From: Craspedostauros australis
Lineage: Eukaryota
Direction of reading: 5' to 3'
Assembly (NCBI GenBank): GCA_030167865.1
Contig: JALAGF010002876.1
Coordinates: 1 to 40,523, forward strand
DNA length: 40,523 bases
Part shown: piece after piece, positions 34,358 through 40,523 of the stretch
How the letters are laid out: every line of letters starts with the position of its first letter
Numbering within the stretch: position 1 is the first letter of the stretch
Position numbers and translations under genes: made by a program
Notes under the pieces: generated by a model
Database searches by the model: none
What the model saw: only the letters and a program-made list of their open reading frames with translations
What the model was told of the DNA's origin: nothing

Positions 34358-36542
34358 ATGGCCGGGATGAACACAATGAGCACCGCCAAGATGATCGCGT
34401 TGCTGGCTCTGTCGAGTCTGTCGCTCTCATCGGCTCTGTCCTACAATTACATCACGGCGGTGTCCACGATGTCCATCGCAACTTTGGCATCAACGACGGC
34501 CGCATTTTCGTTTCCCGCAAATCCAGTTGCGACAGCTGGAGTCAGCTCTGCCTCGCGGGTGTCCGGCAACGCCAGACCACAGCAGCAGAGGCAGCAACAA
34601 CAACAACAAGAGCTGCAGCAAAGGCCACTGCTGTCCCTCCAACTCGCGGCGACCGCGACAACAGCAGAAACAGCACAGGCGTCCTTGCCGTCCGTGCCAT
34701 TGAAGTCCATTTCGAACACGCAGACTGCGTTCTATGATGGCTCCGAATGGGAATCCATCCAGCACCTGCTGCACCAGCAGAGCAAGCTCGCCGACCAATC
34801 CCCAACGGAGTGCGGCCAGCTGCAGCTGGTTGCGGGCACCATCTGGAACGAGACCACCAACCAGGAGGAGTCCGTCGTCGGCATTCTCGCATCGGCCGCG
34901 GCCGACCAGCACATTTACGTCGACTCCATCGTCATGCCTGCTGGTCGCAACGCCAACAAGGAACCCAGCAAGCAGCTCATCGAGGATTGCATGGCGACCT
35001 ACACCCTCGCTCTTTCCACCGTGCACTGCGTCATGCCGCAGCTCGATGATATTGGCGGTTCGTCATCCGCAGCCTCCTTCCCCATCGCCGGCAGCAAGAT
35101 CGTGGTGGCGGGCGGATCGGCGGTGGCGCAGTTTGCGGCCAACGGATTGTCGGCCATGGGGATGGACGTCTTCCTCGTCACGACGGATTCTGAAGACAAG
35201 ATTCAAAAGAATTTGCGTGAGAATGGTGCGTGCGTGCATGTGTCACCATTGTTTTATCATCTGTTGCAGGGGCTTGCTTGTTTGTGTTTGGTTATGAGTA
35301 CATGTGTAGGGTCACTAACTAAACGTTTTGTTCGCGTCCCATGCGTGCCTCAATTGTGTGCCAATCGCATTGCAATGCACAGTCAAGGTAATGCAACCGG
35401 CGCAAGAGAAGGAAGATTCTGACATTGATGAGGACGATGATGAGGACGACGATGACGAAGATTTTCTTGATGATGATGACGATGACATTGGCTTCTGCGA
35501 AGCCATTGGCAATTTCGATGCATTCTTGGACACAGCCAACGATGAACGAGGACCCCTCAACCCGAGAAGCCCGCAGCCATTCAAACATCTGTCATCCACC
35601 GTCACGACGCTTCTCAAGGAGCGCCACAACTGCCATGTATACGTCTCCACCAGGACCAAGTCACAGGAGCTGCTGGCCGACAACGGCGTTTTCTGGGGAC
35701 CTGGCAAGGCCAAGGACTACGTCAAGACCATCACCAACAAGCAGAAATCATCGCGGGCCACCAACGTCCTTCCGCCAAACGGGATCGGCGCCACGATCCA
35801 GACCCTCATCGACAACAACGTCGTTATCACGGCCAAGCAGAAATACAAGGAGTGCCATGCCAACGCCAACAATGACCTCGTGCGCGGATTCGCCTGGTCC
35901 GATTTTTGGGAGGACACCACGTGGCCTCGCGACACGTCGGGATCGGGCACCACGCGTTACGGATTGCCCGTGCGGTTGTCAGAGATTGATCTGGCGGATG
36001 AGACGGCACTAGTGGAGGCAAAGACCCAATCCAGCAATCCCGGTGCGCGCCCAGAGTTCGTCTTCTCCGATGCTCCGGCATCATCGTTATCCGCGTCGGG
36101 AGCCACCGAATCGCAGACAGTCAGCCTGCCAAAGACGTCGTCGTCGTCCGCATCCGACAATCCCTACGTCCTCCAGATCAGCAACGGCATGGACGGCATC
36201 GAAGCCGATATCGTGCAGCAGGATCGCACGTGCGCGATCTTCATGAGCGCCAGGTTTTGCAAGAAGTGCAAGCAGATGAGTCCCCAGTACACACGCATGG
36301 CGCGAACCAACACCAATGACGATCTCATGTTTGCCAAGGCCGAGGCGTCCGGTCCGGCCGGAAAGCTCATGGGCCGGCAGCTCAGCGTGGAGGCGGTCCC
36401 GGCCTTCGTCTTCTACCGTCATGGCCAGAGGTACGGCACGCCCATGATGATCTCCAAGTTGCCGTCCACCCAGTTGGATCGCGCATTGGAGCTGCTTTCG
36501 TCCGGGAAGGAATGGGATCATGAATACATATTTACGGAGTAA
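34358..36542 (+). CDS. Putative plastid-targeted protein with Rossmann/MDR-like central region and C-terminal thioredoxin domain (CKKC) (675 aa); exons 34358-35225 and 35383-36542
   Basis: Hydrophobic N-terminus, then TTAAF-SFP and a Ser/Ala/Arg-rich transit-like stretch. KIVVAGGSAVAQFAANGL resembles a Rossmann strand-helix. A GTGCGT...ACAG intron (157 nt) joins the two ORFs in frame. Trx fold AIFMSARFCKKCKQMSPQY...VEAVPAFVFY. Confidence 0.8.
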
Positions 36543-37920
36543 GCCAGTGTCGATCGTCGGCATCGGTACAGATACGTACGACGAGCTAGCATAGCATAGC
36601 ATAACCTTCTGCAATACAAAAACGAAAGGGGGGACGAATGAGCTACTACCGCTACCCTCAATACACAACAGTAATTCGATGCATGTGGCGCCGAACCACA
36701 TTCCTCCATCGGCTTTCGTACTCATGTTATACGCACCAAACATCCATTGCGTGTGCAGCAGACACTCCTGCTTTGCACGTCCGCCTGTTCATGTGAACCA
36801 TACTTCAGAGTATTCGTGCGGATGGTAGGACTACATACGACTACTCGTGGAGTACGATCTACATATTTGTGCGACTCCGCCAGACCTTGCTTCCGCGTGG
36901 CTGAGCCGACATGATTCTCACGACCGATGACTCATGTGGACATGCCACTGCATTCTTGCCTGTCCAGAGAGGTCAATACCATAGATCGTACAGTAGTCAT
37001 CCTTGTACCAATCCATTCCACGATTGTTGATCATCAAGGCGCTATGTAGAAACAAATATCTATAGTTCTCTATTCTCCGTCCCTGTGCCAACCATGCACT
37101 CGTCTTCCGATGCCGATTCGTGTATTCACGCAATCCCATGCTTGCTCACCATTTCTTTCCAAGGAGTAGAGCAGAGGATTGAATTGAATTGAGCAGAGTA
37201 AGTAGATTCCTCCAAGGCAGAGTACCGTGCCAGTAGCCACCTTGGTGGCTTTGGTTTTGTAATTTCAAATTCGGGAAAGCTACGATGAGTAGGTATCGCA
37301 TGAATGGTACGCTTCGCTCACTAGGAATTCTAAGTAAGTTGTGGACTGTTCCACGACTACAAACTGGAGCAGGGCATGCAGAGTCCATGAGGATGGCACG
37401 GAGTACCATACAAGTCGGGCACTGCCCTCGCATGTATAGATTCCAAGAGACGACCCCAATCGCCTCTCATGCTGACGAAGCGTGCTGAACACAACGAGTA
37501 CCTCCAGATGGTATGCCGAGTTCCTTGGCGGACGGACGGGCACGGCACACCGCAGAAAGCGAGTACTCCAGCATCTGTACACACCCTCGGATTCAATCCA
37601 GTGTGGTGATGCTGATACCGTGCAGAGTGTCATCGAGCACGTACGAGTGTGATATGGTACGTAGAACTGCTCTCCTTGCCCAGCTGTTCAATGGTTGTAT
37701 GCCACCATGTGCGTGCTTGCGTGATCGTGCTGGTTCCATCCGCTTCCGAGTTCAGTGAAATCGCTGTCGCGAATTGCTGCTGCTCCACTATCTGCCTGTA
37801 GGGTAGACATTACTCCAGAGTAAAGTGGTTGAGTTGCAGGTGCCTCAGGAATGCGCGTCTTCGCGTTTGCATTCATCGTTGCCATCTTCCAATCAAGCAT
37901 CCTCAGCATGAAGGGATCGA

Positions 37921-38769
37921 TCAGGAAGCCGATGACGCTTGATCCCTCGGAAGCCGCCAGTGACGGTCGTTGGCACCATAGAACCGTGCTGTGTACGCCT
38001 GATGCTTCCATCGTTTGTCTTCACTTGCGTTGGTAAGACTGCTGATGGGATGTAGGAGCAGCAGATGAACGAGATGGTATTCGCCGTTGGGATGAGGGAT
38101 CGGGTGCTTGGTGACAACCGCATCATACCAACGGAGGTGTTCCTTGGATTGTTGCTGCTGTTCAATGTAGGGGTGCGTCTCATCGATAGCACACTTTACA
38201 ACCATGCCCACGTGTAAGTTACTGATCGATTGCAACGACGGGATGTTGGATTCGGAAGTGCCGTCGGTGCTGAGCATGTTGTGTGCGCTGTGCTCCTGTG
38301 GGATCAATACATGCCCCTTGGAAACATCTCCATGTTGAATAGATGGCAGCAAAGACGACGTACGAGTATGATTGCTGCGTCGGAGGCTGTTCTTGCTCCA
38401 CAACTGCTGGTGGTGTTGCTGGTGTTGCTGCGTGGCAAAGGAGATGATGTCGAACTTGCCATGCGTGATGTAGATGAGGAAGTACAGAGTGGAGAGCATC
38501 ATATCGAGAATCATGCATGTCTTGACGCAGCCTGACACTCTCTTGGTGGTTGAAGGAGATGAAGGTGGAGACGGCGACGATGGTGGTGGTAGTGATACTG
38601 GTGATGCTACTGGTGATGACGATGATGATGAAGGATGGCAGGGTTTCTCTCCACACCCTCCGAGTATTGACGAATGGCACATTGCTCGGAAGCATGCAGT
38701 CGTCGACGACTGCGAAGGCGAGTCCATCGACAACGCCGTACTCTCCATCGTGTTCTGCTCGTTGTCCAT
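37921..38769 (-). CDS. Hypothetical protein (~282 aa) with one TM-like segment and a possible Tudor/Agenet-like motif; 3' structure uncertain
   Basis: 850-nt ORF from ATG 38769. Contains MILDMMLSTLYFLIYI and LHVGMVVKC...WYDAVVTK...YHLVH. Weak codon bias. Confidence 0.45.
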   Translation of the reverse strand: MDNEQNTMESTALSMDSPSQSSTTACFRAMCHSSILGGCGEKPCHPSSSSSSPVASPVSLPPPSSPSPPSSPSTTKRVSGCVKTCMILDMMLSTLYFLIYITHGKFDIISFATQQHQQHHQQLWSKNSLRRSNHTRTSSLLPSIQHGDVSKGHVLIPQEHSAHNMLSTDGTSESNIPSLQSISNLHVGMVVKCAIDETHPYIEQQQQSKEHLRWYDAVVTKHPIPHPNGEYHLVHLLLLHPISSLTNASEDKRWKHQAYTARFYGANDRHWRLPRDQASSAS

Positions 38770-40177
38770 TGCTCCTTGATCGATGCTCCGCAGAGTGCCG
38801 TTTTGTGTATCAGTGAGTGTATCTGTGAATGTATCCGTTGGTGGCTGGGGGCGAACGTTGTTGTCTCTTGCGTTTTGGTGGCTGCTCGATCTATGGCAAG
38901 ACTTGCCAGTTTTGGCGCCACTCTTGGCTCTTTTGATGGTGTTGATGGTGTTGATGGTATTGATGAACAAATGGTCGACTCGTCCTCGTATGTACTGTGC
39001 TCAGGCGCTCAGGTGCTCTGCGAGGTATTCTGTTGTGATGGTACGGCTATGGCATGAGTAGTTGTACGATGCCCAATCATGTATTCCATGCCGGAGTTGA
39101 TGTCGTCGGAGTCGGCGTTGGAGGATTTGCAAGGCTGATGGTGAGTTTGTTGTCTTGTTCCATTCTTACTTTTCTCCCATGTGGGTCGTTCCCATTCATT
39201 CCTGTCTCGTGGAACATGTGGATGCCGACAACACTTACTCTGCTCGTGCTCTCCACTCCATGTTCGAGTGTCGTCCCATTGTCAAGGTGGAGAGGTTGAC
39301 CAGCACCAGCTCCATCCGAGAGGAACCTCCTCCGCAATCACCAATCACCAACAAGTTGGTGACCAAGATCAAGAAACGCCGAACAACACCACAGCGACAA
39401 CATCGCGCCACACTCACGGATCCGGATCCTCCGCGAATCCTGTCTTGGCACGAAACTCTCTCCCACACAAACACACACACAAAACGGCATCAACCACACG
39501 TTCACGGAAGCCAACGACCAAAATGTGGGTCGATTCCCACCACATTCAAAGCATCCAACACCGTTCACATCATAACGCCAATATAACGCATAACTATCGC
39601 TTCAATGTTCCCATTTCTCTGAAGGCTGCCTGACTTGATCAATTTGACTATTTATATATACTTACCGCAACTCCAGGCATGAGAACATGTGACTGAACTG
39701 TTCAAGACTGAAACAAAAGTTCCGAGTCCACACAGACGAAAATAGTCTCAAATGCACATGAAACACACATGCTTCGAGAACTTGGGCGAAAACGTCAGCA
39801 CGTTTAGCCGATCGTCAGCTTTTCCGTGACGTCACGTTGCTTCGCTTGTGGCACAATTGAGTGATCGCGTGCGAGATGTGGAAGCGTGGAAACACGGAAG
39901 AGGAAAGGAACCGAATTCCAACCGCCTTTTGGAGTTTGACGCCTGCATCTGCGCCAGGCCTGTTCGGTCGTTGCGCCCTGCTGCGAATCTCGGAGATCGA
40001 ACAGTTCACCGCTCCTTGATTGACATTACTATTCTGGCGTGCAAAGAAGACAGGCGGCCAGATGACACGAGGAGAACACGCATAGGAGCCCGATCAGTGA
40101 GTCGACCTGCACTCCGTTATTGGCGTCTATAAAATTTATCTTGAATATCCCAACCAAGCACATATTCGTAATCCTTG

Positions 40178-40350
40178 NNNNNNNNNNNNNNNNNNNNNNN
40201 NNNNNNNNNNNNNNNNNNNNNNNNNNNNNNNNNNNNNNNNNNNNNNNNNNNNNNNNNNNNNNNNNNNNNNNNNNNNNNNNNNNNNNNNNNNNNNNNNNNN
40301 NNNNNNNNNNNNNNNNNNNNNNNNNNNNNNNNNNNNNNNNNNNNNNNNNN
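40178..40350. other. Assembly gap (173 N)
   Basis: Run of N seen directly. Confidence 0.99.
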
Positions 40351-40440
40351 GGAATAGACGCCGGGATTGTCGTTCGTTTGGTACGCGTTAAATACACGTT
40401 AGCATCTGCGACATGATCTCACATTTTGCTCGTCACAACA

Positions 40441-40507
40441 CACATGACACAAAACACATGACACAAAACACATGACACAAAACACATCACACAAAACACA
40501 TCACACA
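40441..40507. repeat. 14-bp minisatellite CACAT(G/C)ACACAAAA, ~5 copies
   Basis: cacatgacacaaaa x3, then cacatcacacaaaa and cacatcacac, seen directly. Confidence 0.85.
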
Positions 40508-40523
40508 TCCAACATCATCGCCA

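Noticed and set aside
33823-34737. 304-aa ORF overlapping the thioredoxin-fusion start in another frame
   Set aside because: GTG start, UTR-like composition, and it overlaps a better-supported gene.
40441-40507. Repeat considered as CRISPR array or telomere
   Set aside because: Head-to-tail 14-mers with no spacers and no telomeric motif; a simple minisatellite.

Overview
Gene-dense eukaryotic nuclear DNA, about 40.5 kb, between two ~170-nt assembly gaps. Short GT-AG introns, polyQ/microsatellite tracts and a signal peptide followed by an AAF motif point to a diatom or related stramenopile (inference). I support 15 protein-coding genes, most spliced by hand from the sequence. In order: a kexin/furin-like S8 protease with P-domain and mucin/GPI-like tail; a DNAJC25-like J-protein; ARL2; an ankyrin protein; three tandem SDR paralogues sharing one intron position; a GPx-fold protein; a TPT/SLC35E transporter; a small Gly-rich secreted protein; a 4-TM protein; a DHYC palmitoyltransferase; a K/N-rich hypothetical; a putatively plastid-targeted thioredoxin fusion; and a low-confidence hypothetical. 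No RNA genes, CRISPR arrays or recognisable mobile elements were seen. The strongest lead is the convertase: it keeps its catalytic triad but lacks the acidic Arg-specificity residues and carries a Cys-rich, RXL-containing insert, making it a candidate non-dibasic processing enzyme. Other leads are an apparently catalytically dead GPx-fold protein with an ER-retrieval-like end, a DHYC enzyme lacking most Zn-finger cysteines, ARL2 with a ~43-aa acidic interswitch insert, and the SDR triplet with divergent N-terminal leaders. All family assignments are by-eye motif recognition, not database searches.
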